Assembly (NCBI RefSeq): GCF_006345805.1
Contig: NC_043005.1
Span: forward strand, 66,278,001 to 66,342,000
Direction: 5' to 3'
DNA length: 64,000 bases
Source: Octopus sinensis
Taxonomy: Eukaryota
Shown: in pieces, positions 13,201 to 25,699 of the stretch
Layout: the number at the start of each line of letters is the position of its first letter
Numbering within the stretch: position 1 is the stretch's first letter
The notes under the pieces: model-generated
What the model was told of the DNA's origin: nothing
The model's input: the letters and a program-made list of their open reading frames with translations, nothing else
Database searches by the model: none
Program-made: the position numbers and the translations under genes

Positions 13201-13625
13201 ATTATTCAACCACAGAACATTTCGGCAAATAAACAGTTTTTAGTATCTTCTCATTTTAATGTCATCTTCAGCAACTTATTCATGAACCCATTCATGGTTG
13301 TTGTTTACAATGTGAACATCCGTCTTCGATTATGCACTCACGCAAACAGAAGGGACCCCCCCCCCACCTAAAAGCAGTAGATAGATTTCGTTCTGGCTTC
13401 AACCACCAATTGGAGATATGGAGAATCCATAACGACACAGGTCTCGATGAGCGACAGCTTTTTAAAGAGATTTTTTCCCGTTAACAAAAAGCTAAACAGT
13501 CATTATTTTGGACCACAACGCCCAGCTGTTGGACTCGTAAAACTCTCATTCAACCCCTTTAATTCCAAATATCATTTCTATTTTTTTATATATCGACTTG
13601 CCTAACTTGCTTGTTCTTACATTTA

Positions 13626-13667
<42 letters not shown>

Positions 13668-13949
13668 CAGATAAACCAAAGGACATACTAAGTATGTCTA
13701 CCTGCTGGAAATAACAGTCAAAACTCTTATTTAACTCGATTTTCAGCAGGTAGATATACTTAGTATGTCCTTTGATTAATTTTAACTCTTCAGCTAATTA
13801 ATGCTTTTCTTGGGGACATGCAATCGCTTATATTATTGATTCTGTTATTATCATCTTTTAAAATAGTTCTACCAGATAATGACAAAATTAATAATATCTT
13901 GGCAAATTAGTTTTTCGGGAATTAATTTTTCTCGCGAATTGTTTGCCCT

Positions 13950-14006
<57 letters not shown>

Positions 14007-14418
14007 ATGTATGTGTGTGTGTGTGTGTGTGCGTATGTGTGTGTATGTATGTATGTATATATATATTTTTCATGATGTATGAGTTAGTGACCCATACGTT
14101 ATCCAGTTATCTTCCTGTAGAGTGATTAGTCTATCACTGTACTTAGTAGTTGTTACTTGTTATACGGAGCATGTGGATGAAGAAATTAAGATAAACATAC
14201 ATAGAAGTTATTAGTTACGTCTCACCATTGCAGTTCTTTGGAACTCAGCACTGGCTGCCCCAAATGCATTTGTGTACCTAATTGTAATGTATTGTCAGGC
14301 CAGCAATATATTGCATTCTGTTACAGAGATTGAATGTAACTGTACTAAATGGTATTTAGTAAATTAGGACTTAATGTATTTTATATGGTATCCTATGCGG
14401 TATATATCATACATATAT

Positions 14419-14725
14419 GTGGAGGCGCAAAGGCCCAGTGGTTAGGGCGGCGGACTCGCGGTCGGGAGATCGTGGTTTGGATTCCCAGACCGGGCGTTGT
14501 ATGCGCCTATTGAGCTAAAATACCTAAAAGCTCCACGTGGCTCCGGCACGAGGTGGTGGTGACCCCTGTTGTACTCTTTCACCACAACTTTCTCTCACTC
14601 TCTCTTCCTGTTTCTTGAGTAACTCTGTGATGGACTGGCGTCTCGTCCAGCTGGGAGGAACATATACGCCACAGAAACCGGAAAAACGGGCCCATGAACC
14701 TGGCTAGGCTTGAAAAGGGCGACGT
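14419..14725 (+). mobile_element. SINE with family-C tRNA head and a different 3' half
   Basis: Head ~80% similar to 10949-11230. The 3' half GATGGACTGGCGTCTCGTCCAG... recurs at 55105-55250. Confidence 0.8.
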
Positions 14726-16599
14726 TTATCGTTTTACTATACACATATATTACACACACATATACACATACACCACACACACACACACACACATACACAC
14801 ACATACACACACACAAACGCACAAACACACACAATGTAGTTAAGTTACGAGCTTACATAAAGCGTGAGTGTTTGCAAAGAAAGTGGATATGAGAAAGCAA
14901 GAAAAAAAACTTTACACACACATTATAGAAATAATTGATAGTACAACTCTCTTCATGCAAGAAGTCTATCAAAGTGAGCTTTTTATCCTGGGCCAGTGTA
15001 ACTATCAAGCGTAACAGTACGTTCCTAATCCGTCTTCAAATTTCATTTCAGGCGTACTGGTGCATGCCTGGTGGAAACCTATTTACTCATCTTATTTTCA
15101 CCATTCTCACCAATCTTTTACCAAATGTACCTGAGGAAAGCATCTGCCTCTCCAGTCTCACTTTCTTTCACACTAACTTTCTTTTAAAAGTGGCAACTTT
15201 CTTTTACAAAGTCAATGTGGGTTTGACCGAACAAGCATGTGTCTGTCTTCTGTCTTTACATCTCAGACCACAAAGCAAGCTTTTTCGGTGTAACGACTAT
15301 TGAAAAACTGCCTGATATTCTCGGTTAAAGGAGAGTGTTGCGGTGATGTTAACGATGGAATTATCGTTTCTCACAGAGGCATAAGGGCAGGTATTTTGTG
15401 GTGTGAGTTAGGGGATTAAATCGACTCCAATACTTGACCGGTACTCTATTTTATTTACGCCAGAGAATGAAAAGCAAACTTGATCTCAATGGCATTTGAA
15501 CATATAGAGCCGGAATATATACCGCAGGATAGTTTGGCTGATGCGCTAACGATTGTATAAATCAATGATGAAGAGGAAAACAAAGTAAGAGAGAAAAAGA
15601 AAGAAAAAATGAGAAGCAAAACAACAACAAGAACAATGTCGACGACGTTGATAAGAGGAATAAGAAGACGAGGAGGAAGAGGTAGAGGTAGAATTAGACG
15701 AAGAAAAAGAAAAGAAAAAGAAGAATCAAGAGAATAATAGTTAAAGGAAATGATAAAGATGTAAATTGAAACAGCTTTTTTAATTGTTGCGATTTTCATC
15801 TCATGTAAAATTCACTCTCAATAAATGTTAAAATAAAAAATTATTGAAAGACGAAAATATGTGACAAAATACATACAACAATACAGAAAAAAATATACAA
15901 TGCAAAAATGCAGAAATTTTCAATGCTTACAGACTCGACGACTCTCCACATAGAAGCAATATCTTTAGCTTGCATTATATTTTACAGATATAGAAACTAA
16001 CGCCCTGCTTGATTTTTATCAATAGCGTTTTGTAGTTTTCGTATTAAAGATCTTTACTACCAAAGTAAACGGCAGCTGCCTTTATATTTTGTTTTTCTGT
16101 TCTTAGATTTCATACTTTTCTTCTTAACAGCTAAAGCACGAGTTGTTTCTTCCACATTGAAATGAAATTAGCTACCATTCTGAAGTATGTGTTGTTAATG
16201 TTGCAGTTGTTGTTTCGGTGTTGTCTTGTATTTTTTGTTGTAACTGTTTTTGTTGTTGTTGTTGTTGTTGTTGTTGTAGTTGTTGTAATCTTCTTCATTG
16301 ACTTGTTGTTTTTGATGGAATATTGTTTTCTGTATTTCTGTTGTTACTATTGTTGTCGCCATCAGATTTATGAAATCATTGAGTTATATGAAATATTAAG
16401 GCATCACAGCAATAAGATGTAGTGTATTCTTCTAGTAGTGAGTATTGTGTAAATAGATTTTTATGTAGTTTAATGCAATGTATAGAGTTTACAACAGGCC
16501 AGTTCGGTAAATAGTCAATGGCGCTGTTATAAGTCTGTGTCTAAAACACCTAACTTGCACTCACTCAGTCTAGCTAGATGTAAATTGGTGCCATGATGA

Positions 16600-17540
16600 G
16601 TACGGTCGACTACTGTAAGGGAGGAACAATATATAATTGAGAGGAGTATATTTAGCATGTTTTACTTCCAATGATTCCAGTCTGCCTTAATTTAAAATTT
16701 GAGGTTTGACTTTCATTAAATACATTCTTTTAACGTTCTGCTTGAACTTAGTTCATAACTTTGCTTTGCTCGCTTAGTGCTGAATTTCTACTTCAGATGT
16801 TTCATTTTTTCTTTTTCATCAGGCTGATTGTTTTATATGTGAGATGTATTTCTTATTTTTAGTCTTGTAATATCGCTAGATGTCATATTTCTGGATTTGA
16901 GGTCATGTATGTACTCCAGTATTTATGTTACTAATTGTTGTATTGAATTCAGTGATATGCAATTCTGTAAATTGATGGAAGTGTTCTTACAAGACTCAGA
17001 AAGTTTTGTGAAACAGTTTTCGTTTATAGGAGTGTGTAGTTATTAATGCATGAGACTTGGGGATTTGTCCGAGTTTGTTTAGCTTGGTGTATAAAGCAGA
17101 AGACAATGTTTGGAGAAACGTTATTGTAGTCATCTTAGTGAACTTATAAGATTATGAGGTGCATAGAATATAAAGCAAATCACAATATGATACCGTTGCA
17201 CCCTTTGTTATATTTCTGTTGTATCAGAACGTGTGTGCATTATGTGTGTTATTTGGTGGTGGTGCAGATAATTGTTGCAGTTGGGATATGTATCCAAATG
17301 AAAACAATTGAAGAAGTTTTCGGAGTATGCATGATGTTATGTCAATGAATTTTGTTACTCTGTTTTATTATGGATGCTTGCGTTTCTAGAGTGTTAAGGT
17401 GTTTTTTTTATGCTTGGGTGTTTATCTTATTTTTATCCTGAGCAAATGACATTGTGAAGCTTTTACCGGAAAAATCATCAAGGTTAGGAGTAGTCTGGAA
17501 TCTGAGATTTGAATTAGTTGTCATATTGTCTCCAAAGTAT
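16600..17540 (-). mobile_element. Very degenerate non-LTR retrotransposon 3' region, probably R4/Dong (RLE) type
   Basis: Remnants of a Cys/His knuckle followed by QKYNKGCNGI (cf. EYTKRHNxV). Many stops. Confidence 0.35.
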
Positions 17541-17554
17541 TCCTTTCTACTTTT

Positions 17555-18770
17555 GTGGGAGAGGAGCTAGTCGATTGCGCCGACCCAGTGCGCGACTGGC
17601 AAATATTTCATAGACCCCAAAATGATGAATGGCAAAGTCGACCTCGGCAGAATTTGAACTCAGTAGTAAAGACGAACGAAATGCTACTGAGCATTTTGCA
17701 TGGCGTAGTAACGATTTTGCTACTTCATTGCAATATTAGCCGTAGCAAAAGACATACTGGGAAATTATTAATTCTGTATATTGAGAGCACCAGCAAAATT
17801 TCACAAAGAAATTCATGCGGGGAATAATTTAAAATTTCGCACTAACACAAGTCTAAATCTATATTTAGAGTTTATACACTTATGTTAAATATTGGTTTCT
17901 AAGTTTGGTACAAGACTAGCAATTTCGGGTTAAATTGAATAAATAGACTCCAGTAATCAACTGGTACTTATTTTATCGACCCCGAAAGCATGAAAGGCAA
18001 AGTCGCCTCTAGTGGAATTTGAAATCAGAGCAACGACGTTAAATATTGGTTTCAAATTTTGCCACAAGGCCAGCAATTTTTTGTGGAGATGGGGGGAAGC
18101 CGATTATATCGTGCCCAGTGCTTAACTGGTATTTACTTTACTGACCACAAAGGATGAAAAACAAAGACGACCTCGGTGACATTTGAATCTAGAATGTAAA
18201 GGCGTACGAAATGCCGCTAAGCATTTCGTTCGGCATACAAACAAATATTTAAAACAATTTAACACTCAAATTTGGCACAAGGCTAACAATTTCGAGGAAA
18301 GGGGTAATTCTATTACATCGACCCCAGTACTCAACTGCTACTTGTTTTATCGACCCCAAAAGGAGGAAAATCAAAGACGACCTCGGCGGCATTTGAACTC
18401 AAGATGTAATGCCGTTTAGTATTTTGATCGGCGTGCAGACAAATATTAAAAACAATTTAACACTCAATAAATTATAATATATAGTTATAATAGTAAATTA
18501 ATATTATATTATAATAATATAGGGTTAAGGATATCAAATTTAATATCCTTTTCTACTCTAGGCACAAGGCCCGAAATTTTGGGGGATGGGGCAGTCGATT
18601 AGATCGACTCCAGTACGCAACTGGTATTTAATTTATCGACCCTGGAGAGGATTAAAGGCAAAGTCGAGCTCAGCGGAATTTGAACTCAGAACGTAAAGAC
18701 AGACGAAATACTGTTAAGTATTTCGTCCGGCATGCTAACGTTTCTACCGGCTCGCTGCCATGTGTTGTTT
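17555..18770 (-). mobile_element. Head-to-tail cluster of about five degenerate family-A SINE copies
   Basis: Repeated core TCGAC(C/T)CCAGT..AACTGGTACTTATTT..ATCGACCCCGAAAG..ATGAAAGGCAAAGTCGACCTCGGC..AATTTGAA near 17570, 17945, 18100, 18315 and 18595, all in the same orientation. Confidence 0.8.
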
Positions 18771-20420
18771 ATTGATATTTTATGTTTTGAATATAAATAT
18801 CATTTCAACGAAGTTTGCTACATCCGCCATCCTTTCAAAATCTAGAAATAAGGTATAGCAATGAATGTATATCATTATAATCGATTGTAACCTTTCTGTG
18901 TTAGAAAGCACACTATAAGCCCTGGTTTTCTGCTCTTTAGCAGATGAGAAATAAATTCCTCTTAATAGGGCGTAAGTATATCGCAAGTATTATTCCCAGG
19001 TTATCGTTCCCTATGGTGGAAATTTATATAAACTGAAGCAATGTAATGAAGTATTTTCTTAAACTTAGTAAATATAAACTCACAACAGATAAGCCAATGT
19101 TATGTTAGACAAACCTAATGTTACGTCGCATCTCCTATGGGGCATTTCCATCACTTTTCTTTAGATTACATTTCTTAAATACAAGACATGAATTCTGTAT
19201 TAAAGTTATTCCTTATCAAATTAAATAGCAAAGTATACGAGAGCATTTTCTATAGATGTTGATCGAATTTATGATGGGACATTTTGAAAATAAAATCATA
19301 GTTTGCGTCCACACACAAATCGTATTATAACAATTTTAAACGATAGTTAATGGTGGATTCATAAAATAAAGAAAAAAAATGTTACGCTATCATAGTTTGA
19401 TAAGATTAGGTATACCTACGTTTCCCTTTGCTGAAGAGATAGAATAAACGTTAACCTGAATGATGAAAATTCTCCCTCGAAGTTGTAAAATGAATTAATC
19501 CCTTTTTAAGTGTGCTGCTATTTCCGTTGCTCGTTTTATGAAGAGAAAAAGAGCAGATTGAAAAAGTAAGAGAAGAAAATAGCAACGAAATGTTACAAAA
19601 ATATATTAAACCGTGAAGACATAATGTCTATATATTAAGTTGGAATCATATATATATATATATATATATATATGTAATGGCTTACACAGTCATACAAAGA
19701 CTCACAAACACCTGCTGCTAATACCGTTTTATGACGTGAGTTCTCACAGATCCTCACACATCATCTACACACACCTTACCTCTAACAGGCACACAAATCA
19801 CATGCAGCAGTAGAGTAACTCCTTCAACATTCAGCTTATTATCATATTAATTATAATTTAAATATGCAGATTTGTACCAAAAATTGGCGTCAAAGTGCGA
19901 TTATATACACCGAGCAGTTGAATGTTTTGTCTTGCATTTGGCATCATCGATATCACAGTAACCGAAGCCGGAATGCAATATCATGCCCAGTAGTAAACCG
20001 AAGTGAAACATTTAAAGGCAGTTTCATAGATACCCGTTATCTTCTTTTCAGTGGAATGGGCATTTACATGCAAAAGCTCACATAAGATACATTTTAATTG
20101 AACAAAAATTTATCGTATTAGATGAATTATCCTGGCAGACTCTATCTACGAGTGTTGCTAATTTGACAGATTCAGTCGGCAGAACTGAATGGCTGGCTTC
20201 GACCACGGAAAATCACAGCAACCGTCAGCAACTGTTTTAACTAAATTAATAGTAATGTTAATGAATTAAAATTTTTACACCAGAATGAAATTGGCTATAA
20301 GATTACAGTTACTTTAATCGCCGAGAATACATTTAATTTCTTTCTTGGAAAGCTTTCATGTCATACTGTGGAGTATCTTACTTCTGTTGTATATTGAGAG
20401 ATTCACTGATCTTTTCTTAC

Positions 20421-20456
20421 CCATTGCACACGTAACATGAAATACTAGCTCTATCG
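20421..20456 (-). CDS. Candidate 36-nt exon (phase 1: xIELVFHVTCAM; phase 2: DRASISCYVCN)
   Basis: Long pyrimidine tract ...tttttattactcttcag|CGATAGAGCTAGTATTTCATGTTACGTGTGCAATGG|gtaaga. Confidence 0.45.
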
Positions 20457-20535
20457 CTGAAGAGTAATAAAAAGAGTTAAAAAGAAAAGAAAAAACTCAA
20501 AAATATTCGATATTTAAAAGGTATTCATTGCAAAG

Positions 20536-20765
20536 GCGGCGAGCTGGCAGAAACGTTAGCACGCCGGGCAAAAATTCTTAGCGGTATTTCGTTTGCTGCT
20601 ACGTTCTGAGTTCAAATTCCGCAGAGGTCGACTTTGCCTTTCATCCTTTCGGGGTCGATTAATTAAGTACCAGTTACGCACTGGGGTCGATATAATCGAC
20701 TTAATCCGTTTGTCTGTCCTTGTTTGTCCTCTCTGTGTTTACCCCCTTGTGGGTAATAAAGAAAT
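20536..20765 (+). mobile_element. Young family-A SINE with target-site duplication
   Basis: Direct repeat AGGTATTCATTGCAAAG at 20519-20535 and 20766-20782. Confidence 0.9.
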
Positions 20766-21271
20766 AGGTATTCATTGCAAAGTACTAGGAGTGGTTAGTG
20801 AATAAATTTGATTTGTAACGTATATATAATATAAAATTAGTTCAGTTTCAATAATGTTTTTTTCTGTAATAGCATCTATTTACAACTGAATATTTTATTA
20901 TTTTCCAGCATCGAATATTTAACAAAGCATTAGGGGACCTAAATACTTACGATTTAGAATAAATTTTAGTTCAGGATCCACAGTAAAATGTTTTCATAAG
21001 TTTGCGAATTGTTGCAATCATATCGGATTAAAGCGTAAAGTGGACTCGTAAATCTCTTATTCAACACCCTTAATTTCTGATATTATTACTATTCTCTGCT
21101 AGTCGGATCATCTTATACGCAAACATATGTACGTTTTTGTATTAAATGTATTTAATATTTTTTGAACATCAACTTATCCAACTTGCTTGTCCTTATATTT
21201 ACTCCTCTAACTGCTTAAATCTCTTGAGCACTATGAAATGTATTCTATACGGAGAATACCTCTCTCTAATG

Positions 21272-21342
<71 letters not shown>

Positions 21343-21353
21343 ATATATATATA

Positions 21354-21412
<59 letters not shown>

Positions 21413-21450
21413 CAGGGTGAATACTTGATAACTGTAAGCATATATATATA

Positions 21451-21660
21451 GTTAATCCAAACATGAAAACACAAAGAGAAAACACAACAACGCCCAAGAC
21501 GTGGAACAAGTATAGTATTATTGGACGCTCAGGAAAGGAAAGAAAGAAGGAGGATTTAGCGTTTCGAGCGAAGCTCTTCATCAGAAACATAGGAAAAGAA
21601 AAGATCCAAGGAAGAGAAGACGGAGGGAAAAATCGCCAACGATACACACACGGTCACATA
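21451..21660 (-). mobile_element. ~200-bp dispersed repeat carrying a minimal hammerhead (copy 1)
   Basis: Homologous to 22248-22447. Minus-strand motif at 21554-21588: GTTT-CTGATGA-A-GAGC ttc GCTC-GAAA-CG-CT-AAAT, with U16.1 changed to C. Confidence 0.7.
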
Positions 21661-22197
21661 TTGAATGACCAGAAGAGAATGGGTGAAGAAAAAGTACTTT
21701 CAAAGACAGGAGACTGCAAGAGAAAGAGGTATGTGTGTGTATGTGTGGATAGGTGCGTGCGCGCAGGTCTGTGTGTGTGTTTATGTGTGTAATGATAGTA
21801 CGTGTCTGTGTGTGTGTGTGTGGTTGTGGCTGTTAATCTATGTGTGTGGTTGGGCTTAGTATCCTTTAAGGTCATAGGAAGAATGATAGTAGGAGTGGCT
21901 CTTGTGTCTCTACCTACCCATGTACGTAGAAGAATAGTCAGTGGAATGTGCTGGTAGCTTGAAGTATGTTGTGTGCATGTATGTATATGTATTGTATGTG
22001 TGTTTTGTTTGCAGTGTGTGTGTGTGTGTACGTGTGTATATGTGTGTGTGCGTGTATTATGTGCGTATGTATGTCCGTGTGTATATGTGCGTGTATATAT
22101 ATATATATATTAATATATTACGTGATCACGTGACCGACCAGGCTATTAGATGCTGCTACACATCGCTGGTCACAATGCGCTTCGCATTGTTTTAGCC

Positions 22198-22247
<50 letters not shown>

Positions 22248-22447
22248 GTTAATCCAAACAAGAAGGAAGCACAAAAAAACACAACAACGCGAGGACTTGG
22301 AACGAATATGGTATTATTGGATGCTCAGGAAAGAAGGAGAGCTTAACGTTTCGAGCGGAGCCCTTCGTCGGAAACATAGGAAAAGGAAAGATCCAGAGAA
22401 GGGAAGACAGAGGAAAAAAAATCGCCAACGGTACACACGCGGTCACA
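22248..22447 (-). mobile_element. ~200-bp dispersed repeat carrying a minimal hammerhead (copy 2)
   Basis: Minus-strand motif at 22341-22375: GTTT-CCGACGA-A-GGGC tcc GCTC-GAAA-CG-TT-AAGC, with palindromic ACGT stem III. Confidence 0.7.
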
Positions 22448-23109
22448 TATATATATATATATATATTATTCATTTTTTTCTTTTTATTTCTTTCAGTCAT
22501 TTGACTGCAGCCATGCTGGGGCACCACCGTGAATAGTCTTAGTCGAATAAATCGATGCCAGGACTTATATTTTTAGGCTTTTTCCATCGGTCACTCTTGC
22601 CGAACCGTTAAATTACGTGGATGTAAATGTACCCACACTGGTCATCAAGCGGTAGTGGGCACGCACAAACACATACACGTACACACACAAACACATATAG
22701 AGAACTTATTTCAAATTCTTGGTAAATGAGTTAACTAACATTGATTATAAATGTTAAACTCTTGAAATGTAACGACATCGCAAAATACTGATGCATAAGT
22801 TCTCCACAAGTCATTGTTACTACACAAATGAGTGGCTAAATTTACTTGACGCTAGACAACGGACATTTTGCGCCTAAAATAAAATGTGAGCGTTTTTATT
22901 TAGTATATTGGTGCACATTCAATTGTCAAAAGTCTTTATTCATTTTACTCATTGGATTGTAGCCATTTTGAAGCATTATCTCTCTTAATTTATCGATTCT
23001 TTGTTGGGCCGCTATTTTATGAGACATAAACAACATCGGCTTAAGCATAAACGCGTTTTACACATACACAAACGGGTGTGCAAATGTAAATTTAGCCTAT
23101 CATTATGAA

Positions 23110-23325
23110 CGAGGGGGTGCTGAAAAGTTTCTGGCTTCAAGGGAATCGCGAAAGGCCTGACTGGAGACTTAATCTTCGAGTTCTTCTATAGGGCTTACAA
23201 AAATGGAAGGAGCGCTGCAATAAGTGTGTGAATCTGAGACAGGAATATGTTGAATAAAATCATAATTAATTGATCCTCCTTGTATTTCTTTTTACACAAA
23301 ACCAGGAAATTTTAGCACTTCCTTA
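23110..23325 (+). mobile_element. Degenerate mariner-derived MITE
   Basis: Ends CGAGGGGGTGCTGAAAAGTTTCTGG ... CCAGGAAATTTTAGCACTTCCTTA are imperfect TIRs. The interior encodes CNKCVNLRQEYVE*, a mariner C-terminus. Confidence 0.65.
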
Positions 23326-23477
23326 TATTTAAGAGGGACTATGGATTTAAGGATATATTGGAAAAGAAAATAGTTGAAAATAAAATAAAATATAACCAAA
23401 AACGCTTTGTTTTTGTTCCAAGCTTGCATGTATAATTAGGTTTCAGCAAGTAGACAACCCTCTTTCTCTCTCTCTCT

Positions 23478-23508
<31 letters not shown>

Positions 23509-23579
23509 CAGAAAATGTTGAAGGAGGCGAGGCAGAAGATGAGGAGGAGGAACAAGAAAGTGATGATGCTGATAATGAA

Positions 23580-23706
23580 TTAGAAAGAAAGAAAGAAAGA
23601 AAGAAAGAAGAAGAAGAAGAAGAAGAAGAAGAAAAAAAGAAGAAGAAGAAGAAGAAGAAGAAGAAGAAGAAGAAGAAGAAGAAGAAGAAGAAGAAGAAGA
23701 AGAAGA
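23580..23706. repeat. (GAAA)n/(GAA)n repeat
   Basis: Directly visible. Confidence 0.95.
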
Positions 23707-24056
23707 AACGAAAGTCAATAAATGTTTTTAAAATAATTTAGTTCCCCAGTCTTTTGTGGATTTTCTCTTGAGAAAGACTTATGACGAAGTTGCTCAGAGA
23801 GGTGTAAAGAAACCGCTTAATTTTATTAGCATCATTTTGGTTATATAATAGAATGCCATAAATTGACGAAAGAACCACATTTCGAATAATCTAGAAATTC
23901 GAAAAAAGGCAATATATGTCTTGAGTATTTCAAAAACCATGCGACTATTTTTGAAACAGAATAAATTAGTATGCTTCGGAGTTTTGGAGAGTTACATTGT
24001 GTCATTACTAATTTAGTGTATCCAATAAGATTCTTGGAAAAAAATGTTAATCTATA

Positions 24057-24450
24057 GGTACAGGTGTGGCTGTGTGGTAAGAAGCTTGCTTCCGAACCAC
24101 ATGGTTCCGGGTACAGCCCCACTACGTGGTAGCTTGGACAAGTGTTTTCTACTATGGTTTCGGGCCGACTAAAGTCTTGTGAGTGGATTTGATAGAGGTA
24201 AACTGAAAGAAACCCGTCGTATATATATATGTATGTATGTGTGTGGTGTGTGTGTGTGTGTGTGTGTTTGTCTATGTATTGCTCACCACCGCTCAACAAC
24301 CGTTGTTTCTTTGCTTACATTCTCGTAAATCCGCTGCTCGTCAAAAAGCGATGAAAGTATAAGTACCAGGTTTAAAAAAGTACCGGGTTTCGAATCATTG
24401 GGCAAAATGTTCTTGAAGGTGGTGCTCCAGCATGGCCACGAGCTAAGGAG
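24057..24450 (+). mobile_element. CORE-type SINE family B
   Basis: tRNA-like head, CORE-like (C)TTGG(G/A)CAAGTG segment, internal microsatellite, and shared 3' tail ending GCTCCAGCATGGCC. Many further copies in the window. Confidence 0.8.
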
Positions 24451-25118
24451 TGAAGCAGATAACAAATAAACGAAAACGATACCCACCAAACCTGCACCTG
24501 TACACCCCCCTCCATTACTGAGCAGAGATCTCGTAAACGTTCTCCAGCATCGTCAATCTAGCGTCACAAAACGGTTACCACACGCAATCTCTCTAGGTCA
24601 AGGAAACCACACGTTCTCTACCTGTGAACAAAACGATAAAACACTCTCACCTTTACAATGATGAATCTTTTAATCCTTAAGGATCATTTACGACCACATG
24701 TATATAACAATACCGGATCTGCAATCGGACTGTTTAAGTCTTGAAAATACAAGATCACCAAATTATCATTAAGCCTTTAAGCATATTCGATTGAAGTTTA
24801 TTCTATCAAGAATTAACTTGTTCAAATCATGCTTTTGGTATCTCAAAGCATTGAACAGTATTTTTCCTAATGACGTAGTATTAAGTCAGTACAAGTAGGA
24901 AAGAGAGTGAGGAGGAGAGAGTGAGTAAGGGCGAAATATAAAGTGAAAGAGAATTAGGTTCGACGCATTAAATCAAGCAGAAATGGATGAGCGTTTTAGT
25001 TCTTCACAGATAAAAACTGAAAAGTTAGGTACAATGATGGCTGTTCATAATGTTATCATCATGCTGACAAAAAAGTCATGTGGTAATTATAACACAGGCA
25101 TATGTACATTTATCTTGC

Positions 25119-25150
<32 letters not shown>

Positions 25151-25185
25151 GTATATCTGTGTGTGTGTGTGTCACTTTTAATCTT

Positions 25186-25565
25186 TTACTTGTTTCAGTC
25201 ATTTGACTGCGGCCATGCTGGAGCACCGCCTTTAGTCGAGAAAATCGATCCCAGGACTTATTCTTTGTAAGCCTAGAACTTATTTCTATCGGTCTCTTTT
25301 TGCCGAACCGCTAAGTTACAGGGACGAAAACACACCAGTATCGTGGGGACAAACACAGACATAAAAACACACTCACACATATATATGCATATACATATGT
25401 ACGATGGGCTTCTTTTTAGTTTCCGCCTACCAAATCCACTCATAAGGCTTTTGTCGCCCCGAGGCTATAGTAGAAGACACTTGCCCAAGGTGCCACGCAG
25501 TGGAACTGAACCCGGAACCATGTGGTTGGTAAGCAAGCTACCTACCACACAGCCACTCCTGCGCT
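25186..25565 (-). mobile_element. CORE-type SINE family B
   Basis: Near full-length reverse-complement match to 58663-59045 and 30640-31047. Confidence 0.85.
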
Positions 25566-25699
25566 TATATATATACTATTCATGTAGAATTTGCTTTTGA
25601 AAAATGCATAGAGCTGATTTGTGTGAGTTATATATTTTAAAATGTGGACGTATTTGTACTAGGCCTCTTCCTGACCCTAACTTATACCGAGAAATATCT

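Noticed and set aside
13342-14276. Minus-strand candidate exons of 26 nt (13342-13367) and 52 nt (14225-14276, YTNAFGAASAEFQRTAM)
   Set aside because: The donors are good but the lengths are asymmetric and the phases inconsistent with the chain. Possible but unsupported without RNA data.
17555-18770. Regularly recurring motif resembling a CRISPR array
   Set aside because: The units are 150-250-bp diverged SINE copies in eukaryotic DNA, with no constant repeat-spacer period or cas genes.
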